64,000 nucleotides of DNA. Origin: an uncultured Eubacteriales bacterium (lineage in GTDB: Bacteria > Bacillota > Clostridia > Oscillospirales > JAKOTC01). The notes under the pieces are model-generated. The model worked only from the letters and a program-made list of their open reading frames with translations, was not told the origin of the DNA and did not search any database. The stretch lies in assembly GCA_964587625.1 (NCBI GenBank), contig CAZPLU010000003.1, positions 23,727 to 87,726 on the forward strand, in the 5' to 3' direction. A program made the position numbers and the translations under genes. Below are positions 8,109-17,546 of this stretch, piece after piece (position 1 is the stretch's first letter; every line of letters begins with the position of its first letter).

Positions 8109-8546
8109 ATGATCGCTATCGCATCGGACCACGGCGGATACGAAATGAAAGAAGCCGTTAAAAAATGGCTCAAAGAAAACGGGTATGACTTCATCGACTG
8201 CGGCACCAACTCCGCCGAATCGGTTGATTACCCCGTCTATGCCAAACTGGTCGCGCAAAAAATTTTATCGGGCGAATGCGGCCGCGGGATTTTGATCTGC
8301 ACCAACGGCATCGGCATCTGCATGGCCGCCAACCGGTTCAAAGGCATCCGCGCCGCGCACTGCGAGAGCGTGGAGAGCGCCCGGATGACGCGCCGCCACA
8401 ACGACGCCAACGTCATCTGCATCGGCGGCGGGACCAATACCGAAGAGCACGCGTTCGAGATGGTAAAAGTATTTTTGACCACCGGCTTCGACGGCGGCGA
8501 GCGCCACGAGCGCCGCATCAAGCTGATGGACGAACAGACCTTTTAA
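8109..8546 (+). CDS. rpiB: Ribose-5-phosphate isomerase B (RpiB/LacAB family)
   Basis: MIAIASDHGGYEMKEAVKKWL..., GILICTNGIGICMAANRFKGIRAA. Confidence 0.85.
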   Translation: MIAIASDHGGYEMKEAVKKWLKENGYDFIDCGTNSAESVDYPVYAKLVAQKILSGECGRGILICTNGIGICMAANRFKGIRAAHCESVESARMTRRHNDANVICIGGGTNTEEHAFEMVKVFLTTGFDGGERHERRIKLMDEQTF

Positions 8547-8552
8547 ATTTAT

Positions 8553-9305
8553 ATGGATTGTAAACTGCTGGTTTTCGACCTCGACGACACGCTGCTGCGC
8601 TCCGATAAAACCATCTCCGACGCAAGCGCCGATGCAATCCGGAGGTGCGCACAAGCGGGCATGAAAATCGCCTACATCACTGCCCGTTCGCCGCGCAAAG
8701 TGGGTTTATTCTTAAAAGACCTGCCGTGCGACGCGCTGGCGCTGTATAACGGCGCTCTGATTTATGTCGGCGGCGAGTTGATCGAAAAAAACGTGATTCC
8801 GTTTTCGGCGGGCATGCGGACGATTAAAAGAGTGCTTGAGCGGTACCCCAAAGCGGCGTGCGGCATTTATCTGGAGCCGTACAGTTATTTCAAGGGGACT
8901 TTGAAAACGATTGAGACAGGGGAATCGATTCCCTGTACGCTAAAACAGCTGCCGGAACGCGACATCCAGCGCATCCGCCTGATTTTCGACGAATACGAGA
9001 GTTATGATATCTCCGACTGTGTCGGGCCGGAGATGAATCTGTTTTCGTCTCCGAACGCGGCATTGATCACGCACAGGGACGCCGACAAATTGAACGCGCT
9101 GAAAAAAATCGCCGGGAAATTGGGAATTGATTTGAGACAAACGGTCGCGTTCGGCGACTCCGACATCGACATTGAAATGTTGAAAAATGCGGGTATCGGC
9201 GTCGCGGTGGAAAACGCCCTACCCGAGGTCAAAGCGGTCGCCGACGAAATCTGCGGCGTCAACGACGACGACGGCGTGGTGAAATGGCTGAACGGACACC
9301 TATGA
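8553..9305 (+). CDS. Cof-type HAD-IIB phosphatase
   Basis: HAD motif I at LLVFDLDDTLL and motif IV at FGDSDIDIEML; 250 aa. Confidence 0.8.
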   Translation: MDCKLLVFDLDDTLLRSDKTISDASADAIRRCAQAGMKIAYITARSPRKVGLFLKDLPCDALALYNGALIYVGGELIEKNVIPFSAGMRTIKRVLERYPKAACGIYLEPYSYFKGTLKTIETGESIPCTLKQLPERDIQRIRLIFDEYESYDISDCVGPEMNLFSSPNAALITHRDADKLNALKKIAGKLGIDLRQTVAFGDSDIDIEMLKNAGIGVAVENALPEVKAVADEICGVNDDDGVVKWLNGHL

Positions 9306-9321
9306 ACCGGAGGCGAATCAT

Positions 9322-9840
9322 GTGCGAGGCGTTGATCAATATAAGGTAAAATTGCTTCCCTATGACCCGTTATGGGCAGAAGAATTTAATAAAACCAAGG
9401 CCTTGATTCAGGCGTTGTGGAAAGACAATGTCGTCGACATCCAGCACTTCGGCAGCACCGCCATACGGGGCATCGCTGCGAAACCGATCCTCGACGTGGC
9501 GGCCGTCTTGAAATCGTTTGCCGGGATGGATATCGAGGCGATGGAGCGCGCCGGATACGAGTACGGCGGACTGCGGGAGCCGGATAACGACCGCCACTTT
9601 TTTATGCTGCGCGGGGAAAACGGGATATCGTTGCACCATATCCACTGTTACGAACCGGACAATGTCGATTTCAAGCGCTGTGTCGGGTTCCGCGATTATT
9701 TAAACGCCCATCCGGAGGAGGCGGAAACATATTCCGAATTGAAAGCCGAACTCGCGCGGCGGTATCCGGAAGACCGATTCGCATACTCCGACGGCAAAAT
9801 AGAATTTATCCAGTCCGTCTATCGAAAACTCGGATTGTAA
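9322..9840 (+). CDS. GrpB (UPF0157) family protein
   Basis: LLPYDPLWAEEF...HFGSTAIRGIAAKPILDV...HIHCYE pattern. GTG start. Confidence 0.7.
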   Translation: MRGVDQYKVKLLPYDPLWAEEFNKTKALIQALWKDNVVDIQHFGSTAIRGIAAKPILDVAAVLKSFAGMDIEAMERAGYEYGGLREPDNDRHFFMLRGENGISLHHIHCYEPDNVDFKRCVGFRDYLNAHPEEAETYSELKAELARRYPEDRFAYSDGKIEFIQSVYRKLGL

Positions 9841-9863
9841 TCAAACGAATAGAGCATTGTATA

Positions 9864-9890
9864 GGCCGCTTTTGACGGCCATTTCTTTTT
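9864..9890 (+). terminator. Putative intrinsic terminator after the GrpB gene
   Basis: GGCCG-cttttga-CGGCC stem-loop followed by ATTTCTTTTT. Confidence 0.45.
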
Positions 9891-9953
9891 ATCGGTTATG
9901 AGCAGGGACATCCCGTCATATATTTTCTTGAGAATATGACGGAGGTGTACAGT

Positions 9954-10874
9954 ATGAGGAATTTTTATCCTGAGGGACAGTTGATCAATACGCCGCAAAA
10001 CCGCGCCGCGCTGTTTTCGCGCAGCGGGTTGGAATGGGCTCTCAGCGGCAACCGCACCATCGAGGCGCGCGCGGTAATGTGCGACCGCGACCACAATTTG
10101 ACGGTCGATCTGGGGTGCATGCGGGGAGCCATTGACCGTGAGGAGGCGGCGCTGGGCATCGCGGAGGGCAAGGTCAAGGACATTGCAATCATCTCACGGG
10201 TCAACAAGCCGGTCTGTTTCAAAGTCACGGGGTTCGCCGAGCGCGAAGGCAGGGCGGTGGCCGTGCTGTCCCGAAAGCGCGCGCAAGAGGAATGTATGCG
10301 GGAGTACATATCCCGCCTTGAGCCCGGCGACATCATCCCCGCGACCGCCACCCACAACGAGAATTTCGGTTCGTTTTGCGACATCGGCTGCGGCATCGTC
10401 GCGCTGCTGCCGATCGACAGCATCTCGGTCTCGCGCATTTCGCACCCGTCCGACCGGATTAAATCCGGAGACAATTTATACGTCGCGGTGCGCGGCACGG
10501 ACAACGAGGGCAGGGTGTGCCTGACCCACCGGGAGCTGCTGGGCACCTGGGAGCAGAACGCGAAAAAGTTCAGCCCCGGCCAGACGGTCTCGGGCATCAT
10601 CCGCTCCATCGAGGACTACGGCATCTTTGTCGAACTCACGCCGAATCTCGCCGGACTCGCCGAAAAGAAAGAAAACACCAAGGCAGGGCAATCCGCCAGT
10701 GTTTTTATTAAAAATATCATCCCCGAAAAGATGAAGGTCAAATTGATCATCGTCGACAGTTTTTTCGACGAGCAGAGTTTCATCGCGACCGAGTATTACA
10801 TCACCGAAGGGCGGCTTGCGAATTGGCGGTATTCTCCGCAGGAGTGCAATAAAGTGATTGAGACCATATTTTGA
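9954..10874 (+). CDS. S1 RNA-binding domain protein (two S1-like domains)
   Basis: GDIIPATATHNENFGSFCDIGCGIVALLP and GQTVSGIIRSIEDYGIFVELTPNLAGLA are S1 folds. GGAGGTG lies 7 nt upstream of ATG 9954. Confidence 0.7.
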   Translation: MRNFYPEGQLINTPQNRAALFSRSGLEWALSGNRTIEARAVMCDRDHNLTVDLGCMRGAIDREEAALGIAEGKVKDIAIISRVNKPVCFKVTGFAEREGRAVAVLSRKRAQEECMREYISRLEPGDIIPATATHNENFGSFCDIGCGIVALLPIDSISVSRISHPSDRIKSGDNLYVAVRGTDNEGRVCLTHRELLGTWEQNAKKFSPGQTVSGIIRSIEDYGIFVELTPNLAGLAEKKENTKAGQSASVFIKNIIPEKMKVKLIIVDSFFDEQSFIATEYYITEGRLANWRYSPQECNKVIETIF

Positions 10875-10965
10875 AAAATTTTACGATAATCAAATTCCCT
10901 TCGCCGGGCATATATTGCATTAGGAGCATTGCCCATGAACGATACATATGACGGAGGAAAATTTT

Positions 10966-12045
10966 ATGTCAAAATCCCTTGATTTTTTCGCTGCCGCAAA
11001 CAGCAGCGAGGGTTTTTATTCGCTTTTTTCGCAGTTGTACGGGCTTGACGCGCTGCCGCATGTGAAGCTGATTTGGGGCGGGCCGGGAACGGGCAAATCG
11101 ACATTATGCAAAACGGTGGCAAAGCGTTTGGGCGAGCGCGGGTTCGATTGTGAGTTGATTCATTGTTCGTCCGATCCGGACTCGCTTGACGGCGTCATCT
11201 GTCCGCCGAAAAACGCAATCATCCTCGATGCGACGCCCCCTCATACGGTCAAACCGCAAGCGGCCGGCGTGATCGAAAATCTCATTGATATCGGGCAGTA
11301 TTGGGACAGGGAAAAGCTGCGCAAAAACGGTACGGCCATCACAAAACTTTTCAATGAGATCGCTTCGGAATATACAATGGTCTATCGGGACATCGCCTCG
11401 GCAGGCGATTTTTCGGCCGTCAAGCAAAAATACGGTGTAAAGATGCTGGATATCAAAAAGACCAGGCGATATGCCGACAAATTTTGCGCCCAGTTAACGC
11501 CGAAGGGAACGGAGCGGGGAAGACGAAACGACCGATTTCTATCTGGCGTCACGCCGCCGGGATTGCTGTTTTATGCAAGCACTGTCACGGCGTTGTGCGA
11601 CAAGTTGTTTTTAATCGAGGACAATGCCGGAACCGCCGCCGAGGTTTTGATCGGTTTGATCGGCGAAAACGTCCTCGAAAAAGGGTACGACTGTTATTAT
11701 TGCCGCTGTCCGATGCGTCCCGAACACACCGAGCATCTGTTGATTCCTGATCTCGGCATCGCTTTGCTCACGAAAAATATTTTCCACGACAAAACGCTCG
11801 AGGGAAAAGAAATTGAAGCCGAGAAGTTTTATATGCGCCCGATTTACCGCGACTTCGGCACGGTGTTCTCCGTCTACGACGGCACCATCCGAAAGCGGCT
11901 CGAATGTGCCTGTGTGCGGCTTGAAAAAATCAAAAAACGCCACGATGAGCTCGAGGCGTTTTATAAGACGGCAATGGACTTTTCGGGTGTTGAACGATTG
12001 GCGGAAAAGACCGCGGAGGAAATTATTTCGCTTCCCGACAGTTGA
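10966..12045 (+). CDS. P-loop ATPase of unknown function
   Basis: Walker A GGPGTGKST. GGAGGA RBS precedes ATG 10966. This looks like a conserved Firmicute-type hypothetical ATPase; the family was not verified. Confidence 0.55.
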   Translation: MSKSLDFFAAANSSEGFYSLFSQLYGLDALPHVKLIWGGPGTGKSTLCKTVAKRLGERGFDCELIHCSSDPDSLDGVICPPKNAIILDATPPHTVKPQAAGVIENLIDIGQYWDREKLRKNGTAITKLFNEIASEYTMVYRDIASAGDFSAVKQKYGVKMLDIKKTRRYADKFCAQLTPKGTERGRRNDRFLSGVTPPGLLFYASTVTALCDKLFLIEDNAGTAAEVLIGLIGENVLEKGYDCYYCRCPMRPEHTEHLLIPDLGIALLTKNIFHDKTLEGKEIEAEKFYMRPIYRDFGTVFSVYDGTIRKRLECACVRLEKIKKRHDELEAFYKTAMDFSGVERLAEKTAEEIISLPDS

Positions 12046-12583
12046 CCAGGCGGGAAATCGGCTTATAGACAAAGAATGTGATCGGGCAGTTGATGGCGCA
12101 TTTGATCAGGTTAAACGGCAAAATGATCGGGAGCAGCATCGGAAACACTTCCGATCTCGGAATTCCCATAAACAGCGGCGTGATGAGTATGTTCGCGCCG
12201 AGCATCACGGCGATTTCGGCGACCGCTCCGACGGAGAGCGCAACGAGAGCACCCTTTCGCGTTTTGCGGTACGAATAGATCATCCCCGTTGCAAGCACCA
12301 GCGTGGCGGTCGCGACAAAGTGCATCAAAATCCCGTAAAGACCGCTGGACGCGCTGACAGTAAACCCCTGAACCAGACAGACAATTGCGGTGAGTATGAG
12401 CCCGACCACGGGTCCGAATAAAAATGTGGCGATTAAAATCGGAATATCGCCGGGTTCATACTCCAAAAAAGGCACAAGCAGCGGAAAACGGACAAACAGC
12501 GCGAGTGCGATGGACAGCGCCGCCAAAACGCCGATGACGGAGATCCCCCTTGCGGTGAAGGTTCGGTTGGAAATGAGTTTCAT
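12023..12583 (-). CDS. ribU: ECF-transporter S component, riboflavin transporter RibU-like
   Basis: Polytopic membrane protein (…FPLLVPFLEYEPGDIPILIATFLFGP…) placed directly behind an FMN riboswitch. Confidence 0.75.
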   Translation of the reverse strand: MKLISNRTFTARGISVIGVLAALSIALALFVRFPLLVPFLEYEPGDIPILIATFLFGPVVGLILTAIVCLVQGFTVSASSGLYGILMHFVATATLVLATGMIYSYRKTRKGALVALSVGAVAEIAVMLGANILITPLFMGIPRSEVFPMLLPIILPFNLIKCAINCPITFFVYKPISRLVNCREAK

Positions 12584-12615
12584 GATGACCTCAACGACCT
12601 TTCTGATGGATTTTT

Positions 12616-12646
12616 AAAAACAAAAAGCCCTTGTAAAAACAAGGGC
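12616..12646 (-). terminator. Intrinsic terminator forming the expression platform of the FMN riboswitch
   Basis: Minus strand reads GCCCTTGTttttACAAGGGC followed by TTTTTGTTTTT, between the aptamer and the ribU start. Confidence 0.7.
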
Positions 12647-12664
12647 GGTTCGCAAGTATGTGAA

Positions 12665-12775
<111 letters not shown>

Positions 12776-12808
12776 CCGATCCAATTTTTTCAGAGTTCCG
12801 TTTGACGC

Positions 12809-13075
12809 TCAATTTTCCTCAAGTCCCGATTCTAGCAGCGCGATGAGCGCGTTGACCGCTTCATTTTCATCGGAACCGTCTGCCACGATGCGGATATTGG
12901 AACCGCCGATGATGCCGAGCGAGAGCACGCCGAGCAAGCTTTTGGCATTCACGCGGCGTTCTTCTTTTTCTACCCAGATGGTGGAGCGATATTCGTTGGC
13001 CTTCTGAATAAAGAAAGTTGCGGGCCTTGCATGCAGGCCGATCTTGTTTTTTACAACAACATCTTTATAAACCAT
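12809..13075 (-). CDS. ptsH: Phosphocarrier protein HPr
   Basis: MVYKDVVVKNKIGLHARPATFF places His15 in GLHARPA, and NAKSLLGVLSLG contains the Ser46 region. A GGATGG RBS precedes this ATG; the track ORF is longer. Confidence 0.85.
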   Translation of the reverse strand: MVYKDVVVKNKIGLHARPATFFIQKANEYRSTIWVEKEERRVNAKSLLGVLSLGIIGGSNIRIVADGSDENEAVNALIALLESGLEEN

Positions 13076-13215
13076 ATTAGTGACCATCCTTTGCTGATTG
13101 TTAAAATATTTGTTCAAAATGAAATCGTTTTTCATATAATCAAGGCAAACCGCGGATTAAAATCCATCGTTAAACCCAGGATTTCGAACCGCCCGAAAGG
13201 GCTTATTCCTCCCCT

Positions 13216-13244
13216 ATTATAATCTTTATTTGACAAAGCGTCAA
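13216..13244 (-). promoter_or_regulatory. Putative sigma-A promoter of ptsH
   Basis: Minus strand reads TTGACG (13244-13239), 17 nt, TATAAT (13221-13216). Confidence 0.5.
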
Positions 13245-13269
13245 CCGTGGAGCCATCGCTTTGTCAAAT
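13228..13269. repeat. Perfect 13-bp inverted repeat with a 16-nt loop
   Basis: ATTTGACAAAGCG (13228-13240) pairs with CGCTTTGTCAAAT (13257-13269). One arm lies in the -35/-10 spacer of the putative ptsH promoter. Confidence 0.8.
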
Positions 13270-13339
13270 ATCGAAGAATTTTAGGACAAGTCACAAAGTT
13301 CACGGGGAAACCCATTGCGCTTTGTGCAATATTACAACA

Positions 13340-14047
13340 CTATTTTCCAATATCCGGGTTGTCCTCGCGCAACAGATCGGGGCGTTTTTGCCGCGTGATT
13401 TCAACGGATTTTTGTTTGCGCCAGTTCTCGATGTTTTCGTGATGCCCCGAGACCAGTACTTCGGGAACGGCGATCCCCCGCCAATTTTCGGGGCGGGTAT
13501 ATTGCGGATATTCGAGCAGTCCGCACATATGGCTCTCGCCGAGATAACAGTCGGGTTGGGAAAGAACTCCGTCCAACAGCCGGACGACCGCGTCGGAAAC
13601 CACCATCGCCGCCGGTTCTCCGCCGGTCAGCACATAGTCGCCGATCGAGATCTCCTCGTCGACCAACAGATCGATGACCCGTTGGTCGATCCCCTCATAA
13701 TGGCCGCATAAAATCACGAAGCCGTCGAGTTTGGACAGCTCGATCGCTTTTTCCTGTATAAACGGTTTGCCCTGCGGGGACATCAAAAACAACCTCGGAC
13801 GGCTGCCGCGATCGGCACAGATCGCCTCGAAGCAGGCATAAATCGGCTCGGGGCGCATGATCATGCCCGGACCGCCGCCGTAGGAATAGTCGTCGACGCG
13901 GTTGTGCTTGTCGCCCGAATAATCGCGGATATTGTGGTAGCGAAATTTGACCAGACCTTTTTGCTGCGCCCGTCCGAGGATGCTGCTGTCGGTATAGGCG
14001 GCGCAGATCTCGGGGAATAGAGTCATGACATCGATTCTCATCGCCAT
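13340..14047 (-). CDS. trmD: tRNA (guanine37-N1)-methyltransferase TrmD
   Basis: MAMRIDVMTLFPEICAAY...DDYSYGGGPGMIMRPEPI. GGAG lies 7 nt upstream of ATG 14047; ATG 14041 is an alternative start. Confidence 0.9.
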   Translation of the reverse strand: MAMRIDVMTLFPEICAAYTDSSILGRAQQKGLVKFRYHNIRDYSGDKHNRVDDYSYGGGPGMIMRPEPIYACFEAICADRGSRPRLFLMSPQGKPFIQEKAIELSKLDGFVILCGHYEGIDQRVIDLLVDEEISIGDYVLTGGEPAAMVVSDAVVRLLDGVLSQPDCYLGESHMCGLLEYPQYTRPENWRGIAVPEVLVSGHHENIENWRKQKSVEITRQKRPDLLREDNPDIGK

Positions 14048-14048
14048 A

Positions 14049-14564
14049 TCAGTGCTCCATGTCGTCAAAAATACCCGGGATTGGGGAAATGGTCATTTTT
14101 CCGGCTTCCAAATCGATGAATTTGACGATCTGCGCAATGGCGGGGAACAGCTTTTCCGCGCCGGTCTTGTCCCGCACGGCGTAAACATCGTTGGCGCCCG
14201 TGCGATAGACGCTCGAGAGCATGCCGTAGGTCTCGCCGGTGTCGGCATCGACAACCGAAAGCCCGATCAAATCATCTTGAAAAAAACTGCCGTCTGGTAA
14301 GACGGCGTCTTTTCTGGCAAACCACAAGGTCTTCCCGACCAGTGTTTTGGCGGTGTCAATGTGATCAAACCCCTCGGCTTTGACGATCGCCTGAACATCG
14401 GTGCCGCGGTAGCTCTCGACGGTCAGCGCGTCGCGCTGCATACCGAGATACAAGGTCTTGAATTGTGCGGCGAAACTGAGACCGTCGCACCACAATTCGA
14501 CCTTGAACTCGCCTCTCAGCCCGTGGGCGGAGGTGATTTTTCCGATTTCGAGGTAGTCGCGCAT
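14049..14564 (-). CDS. rimM: 16S rRNA processing protein RimM
   Basis: MRDYLEIGKITSAHGLRGEFKVELWCDG. Confidence 0.9.
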   Translation of the reverse strand: MRDYLEIGKITSAHGLRGEFKVELWCDGLSFAAQFKTLYLGMQRDALTVESYRGTDVQAIVKAEGFDHIDTAKTLVGKTLWFARKDAVLPDGSFFQDDLIGLSVVDADTGETYGMLSSVYRTGANDVYAVRDKTGAEKLFPAIAQIVKFIDLEAGKMTISPIPGIFDDMEH

Positions 14565-14798
14565 TTATCTGACTTCGAGGAAAGCGTTGTGTCCCTGTCT
14601 TGCGGCAGCCGCCCTGAAAAGCGTTTTCAGGCAGCGGATCATCCTTCCGCTTTTACCGATCACACGTCCCATGTCACCTGAGGCGACGCCCACGGTGTAA
14701 ATGACCGCACCCGACGCATCCGGCTGCGATGCCTCAATGGTTATCTCATCGGGACTGGAAACGATCCCGTTGAACAATAAGGTGATGAATTCTTCCAT
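14565..14798 (-). CDS. ylqC: KH-domain RNA-binding protein (YlqC family)
   Basis: GRVIGKSGRMIRCLKTLF KH motif. Conserved position between rpsP and rimM. Confidence 0.8.
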   Translation of the reverse strand: MEEFITLLFNGIVSSPDEITIEASQPDASGAVIYTVGVASGDMGRVIGKSGRMIRCLKTLFRAAAARQGHNAFLEVR

Positions 14799-14843
14799 TG
14801 GTATGCCTTTCCGGATTATTCACCTTTCGGAGAAAACCCTTTA

Positions 14844-15089
14844 CTATTCGAGGATGCCGTTTTTCTTCAGCAGCACTTTGACGGTCTCGGTGGGCTGAGC
14901 GCCGTTGGCAATCCACTTCTTGGCTTTTTCGCCGTCAATCTGAAACACGGAGGGCTCGGTCAGGGGGTTGTAATAGCCGATCTCCTCGATGAATCTGCCG
15001 TCACGCGGAAATCTGGAATCCGACACGACCACGCGGTAGGACGGCGCCTTTTTCATACCCGTGCGCTTTAATCTGATTTTGACTGCCAT
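14844..15089 (-). CDS. rpsP: 30S ribosomal protein S16
   Basis: [47 protein letters not shown] lies 8 nt upstream. Confidence 0.92.
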   Translation of the reverse strand: MAVKIRLKRTGMKKAPSYRVVVSDSRFPRDGRFIEEIGYYNPLTEPSVFQIDGEKAKKWIANGAQPTETVKVLLKKNGILE

Positions 15090-15157
15090 TTGAATTTCCT
15101 CCAAATTTGTGTGTGTTTGTATATTTTCAACCGCCTCTGTGAGACGGATTGAAACCG

Positions 15158-16480
15158 CTAAAAACCCATTCCGGGGAATTTACCTCTGCCCGCGCCCTTT
15201 TTACCGAACTGCTTCATCATGCCGCGGATCTGATCCATCTGCTTGAGCAGGCGGTTGACGTCTTCGACTTTGGTGCCGCTGCCGGCGGCGATGCGGCGTT
15301 TGCGGGGCGGGGAGATCAGGTTGGGATCTTCGCGTTCGGCGGGCGTCATCGAGCTGATCATCGCGTCGATTTTGGCAAACCGTTTTATGTCGAGGTCTTC
15401 CTGTTTGATTTTTCCCGCGCCGGGGATCATGCCGATGATGTCGGCCAGATTGCCCATCTTTTTCATGTGCGAGAACTGGTCGCGCAGGTCATTGAAGTCG
15501 AATTTTTTGGATTTGAGCTTTTTCAGCGTCTTTTCCGCCTCGGCCTCGTCAAATTGGGCCTCGGCCTTTTCGATCAGCGTCAGCATATCGCCCATGCCCA
15601 AAATCCGGCTTGCCATGCGGTCGGGGTGGAAGGCCTCGAGTTGGTCGATCTTTTCGCCGGTGCCGATGAACTTGACGGGCTTTCCGGTGACGGCCTTGAC
15701 GGTCAGCGCCGCGCCGCCGCGCGTGTCGGAGTCCATCTTGGTCACGATCACGCCGTCGATGCCGAGCGCGGTGTTAAAACTCTCGGCGACGTTCACGGCG
15801 TCCTGGCCGGTCATCGCGTCGACGACGAGCAATATCTCGTTGGGCTTGACGGCGGATTTGACGTTTTTGAGTTCGTCCATCATTTTTTCGTCGATGTGCA
15901 GGCGGCCGGCCGTGTCGAGAATGACAACGTCGTTGCCGTGGTCTTTGGCGTGCCTGACGGCTTCTTTTGCGATTTTCACGGGTTCAATTTGACCGAGCTC
16001 GAACACGGGCAATTCGGCCTTTTTACCGATGACGACCAACTGGTCGATCGCGGCGGGGCGGTAGACGTCGCAGGCGGCGAGCAGCGGGCGCTTGCCCTGA
16101 GCGCGCAGAAAATAACCGAGCTTGGCGCAGTGCGTCGTTTTGCCGCAGCCCTGAAGGCCGCACATCATGATCACCGTGGGCGGAATCGAGGCAAAGCTGA
16201 TGCGGGTGTTGGTGCTGCCCATCAGCTCGGTCAGTTCGGTGTTGACGATCTTGATGACCTGCTGTGCGGGCGTCAAGCTCGAAAGCACTTCCGCGCCGAG
16301 GCATTTTTCACCCAATTTGGCGACAAATTCCTTTGCGACCTTAAAACTGACGTCGGCTTCGAGCAATGCGATGCGCACCTGCCTCATCACATCTTTGATA
16401 TCGCTTTCCGACAGCTTCCCGCGGTTTTTGAGCGCCTTGAAAATGCCGCCGAGTTTTTCGCTGAGCCCTTCGAATGCCAT
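15158..16480 (-). CDS. ffh: Signal recognition particle protein Ffh
   Basis: [25 protein letters not shown]..., GLQGCGKTT, and a C-terminal M domain with a Met-rich tail. Confidence 0.95.
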   Translation of the reverse strand: MAFEGLSEKLGGIFKALKNRGKLSESDIKDVMRQVRIALLEADVSFKVAKEFVAKLGEKCLGAEVLSSLTPAQQVIKIVNTELTELMGSTNTRISFASIPPTVIMMCGLQGCGKTTHCAKLGYFLRAQGKRPLLAACDVYRPAAIDQLVVIGKKAELPVFELGQIEPVKIAKEAVRHAKDHGNDVVILDTAGRLHIDEKMMDELKNVKSAVKPNEILLVVDAMTGQDAVNVAESFNTALGIDGVIVTKMDSDTRGGAALTVKAVTGKPVKFIGTGEKIDQLEAFHPDRMASRILGMGDMLTLIEKAEAQFDEAEAEKTLKKLKSKKFDFNDLRDQFSHMKKMGNLADIIGMIPGAGKIKQEDLDIKRFAKIDAMISSMTPAEREDPNLISPPRKRRIAAGSGTKVEDVNRLLKQMDQIRGMMKQFGKKGAGRGKFPGMGF

Positions 16481-16495
16481 TGGAAACAGAAGCTC

Positions 16496-16858
16496 CTAAT
16501 CTAAAAGTTTTTGTGAGATCGCGATGATCTCCTTGATGCCGTCGTCGGTGATTTTCGAATAGGAATATCCTTTATTCTGGGCTGCGATGTTGCGTGAAAC
16601 GCGGACGATGGTGTCAACACCCTCGCGCATCTGCAGATATTTTGCGCAGAAACCGACCTTACTTTCAAGTTCCGTCATGATTTGTTCGGAGCGCTTGATC
16701 GCGTCCCGGACGCCTTGACGGGTGATTGAGACAATTTCGGCGATTTCGGACAGAGACATATCGTCGTTATAATACATCTCGGTGACTTCGCGTTGTTTTT
16801 CGGTTAATAAGTCGCCGTAAAAATCCAACAGCAGAGAGATCTCAAGATTCTTCTGCAC
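16496..16858 (-). CDS. ylxM: YlxM (UPF0122) putative HTH protein
   Basis: LLLDFYGDLLTEKQREVTEMYYNDDMSLSEIAE. GTG start with GGGAGG 7 nt upstream. Lies upstream of ffh as in other Firmicutes. Confidence 0.85.
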   Translation of the reverse strand: MQKNLEISLLLDFYGDLLTEKQREVTEMYYNDDMSLSEIAEIVSITRQGVRDAIKRSEQIMTELESKVGFCAKYLQMREGVDTIVRVSRNIAAQNKGYSYSKITDDGIKEIIAISQKLLD

Positions 16859-16907
16859 GTCATCGCCTCCCTGTTAATCATGTAAAGCATAAATCCTTTA
16901 CATTCGG

Positions 16908-16936
16908 ATTATACAATATTTAATCGCGCCTGTCAA
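16908..16936 (-). promoter_or_regulatory. Consensus sigma-A promoter of the ylxM-ffh operon
   Basis: Minus strand reads TTGACA (16936-16931), 17 nt, TATAAT (16913-16908). Confidence 0.6.
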
Positions 16937-17143
16937 GGGCTTTTCGACAAAAAAACCAATCCATGCAGGGAACGAACCCCCGACATGGGTATGAATTTAC
17001 ATACGACCTTTCACACGGGAACCGCGGGGAAAAATAAAAAATTTCATCCTCGTCGGATTGCGCCAAACTACGGGTTGAAAATATCCTGAAATGTGGTATA
17101 CTGTAATAGGCAAAACCCGCATTCTGCGTGAGGAGTGATTGAT

Positions 17144-17443
17144 ATGGCACAGGAGCCGTCGAAATATCTGACTTATATTGGGAAACCGCTGGTGCGCGCA
17201 AAAGACACCATCTACTACGGTGATCCCACCGACAACTGCATCATTGAGATGAAGGTTTTAGACAAAAAGACGGTCGGCGGGAAGGAAATTCCCAACCGCA
17301 TTTCCGTGATGCTGGTCTCCACGGACACCCTTGCCGGCAGACCTCAGATATTCAATAAGACCGAACGGAGCGGACTTTATAACGCGATGGACATCGCCTC
17401 CATCTGGCTGCAGAGGAAGCTCAAAGAGAGTGAAAAGGCATAA
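17144..17443 (+). CDS. Hypothetical protein (99 aa)
   Basis: ORF with a GAGGAG RBS 8 nt upstream of ATG 17144, followed by a terminator. I recognise no family. Confidence 0.5.
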   Translation: MAQEPSKYLTYIGKPLVRAKDTIYYGDPTDNCIIEMKVLDKKTVGGKEIPNRISVMLVSTDTLAGRPQIFNKTERSGLYNAMDIASIWLQRKLKESEKA

Positions 17444-17499
17444 AAAACAAAGTTTAACCAATTGCAAACCGAGGCGCTAAAATATTAAGTAACCAAAAA

Positions 17500-17535
17500 A
17501 CACACCCCTTCCGATCACGAAAGAGGTGTGCTTTT
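17500..17535. terminator. Putative bidirectional terminator
   Basis: CACACCCCTT...AAAGAGGTGTG stem (9 of 10 pairs), flanked by an A-run on the left and CTTTTATGTTTT on the right, between convergent genes. Confidence 0.5.
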
Positions 17536-17546
17536 ATGTTTTGATG

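Noticed and set aside
13100-13215. tRNA-like or small-RNA signal in the ptsH leader (GCGGTTCGAAATCCTGGG resembles a T-arm).
   Set aside because: No acceptor, D or anticodon arms can be built around it. It is probably a chance similarity within a 5' UTR.
15149-16504. Long plus-strand ORF (451 aa) antisense to ffh. Similar long antisense ORFs lie at 29649-30707, 31689-32846, 33542-34603, 35337-36011, 37676-38482, 39142-39912, 40485-41228, 43717-45021, 50243-51304 and 62512-63171.
   Set aside because: These are shadow ORFs opposite well-supported genes in GC-rich DNA. Their translations are Arg/Ala/Gly-rich low-complexity sequences with no RBS and no recognisable family.
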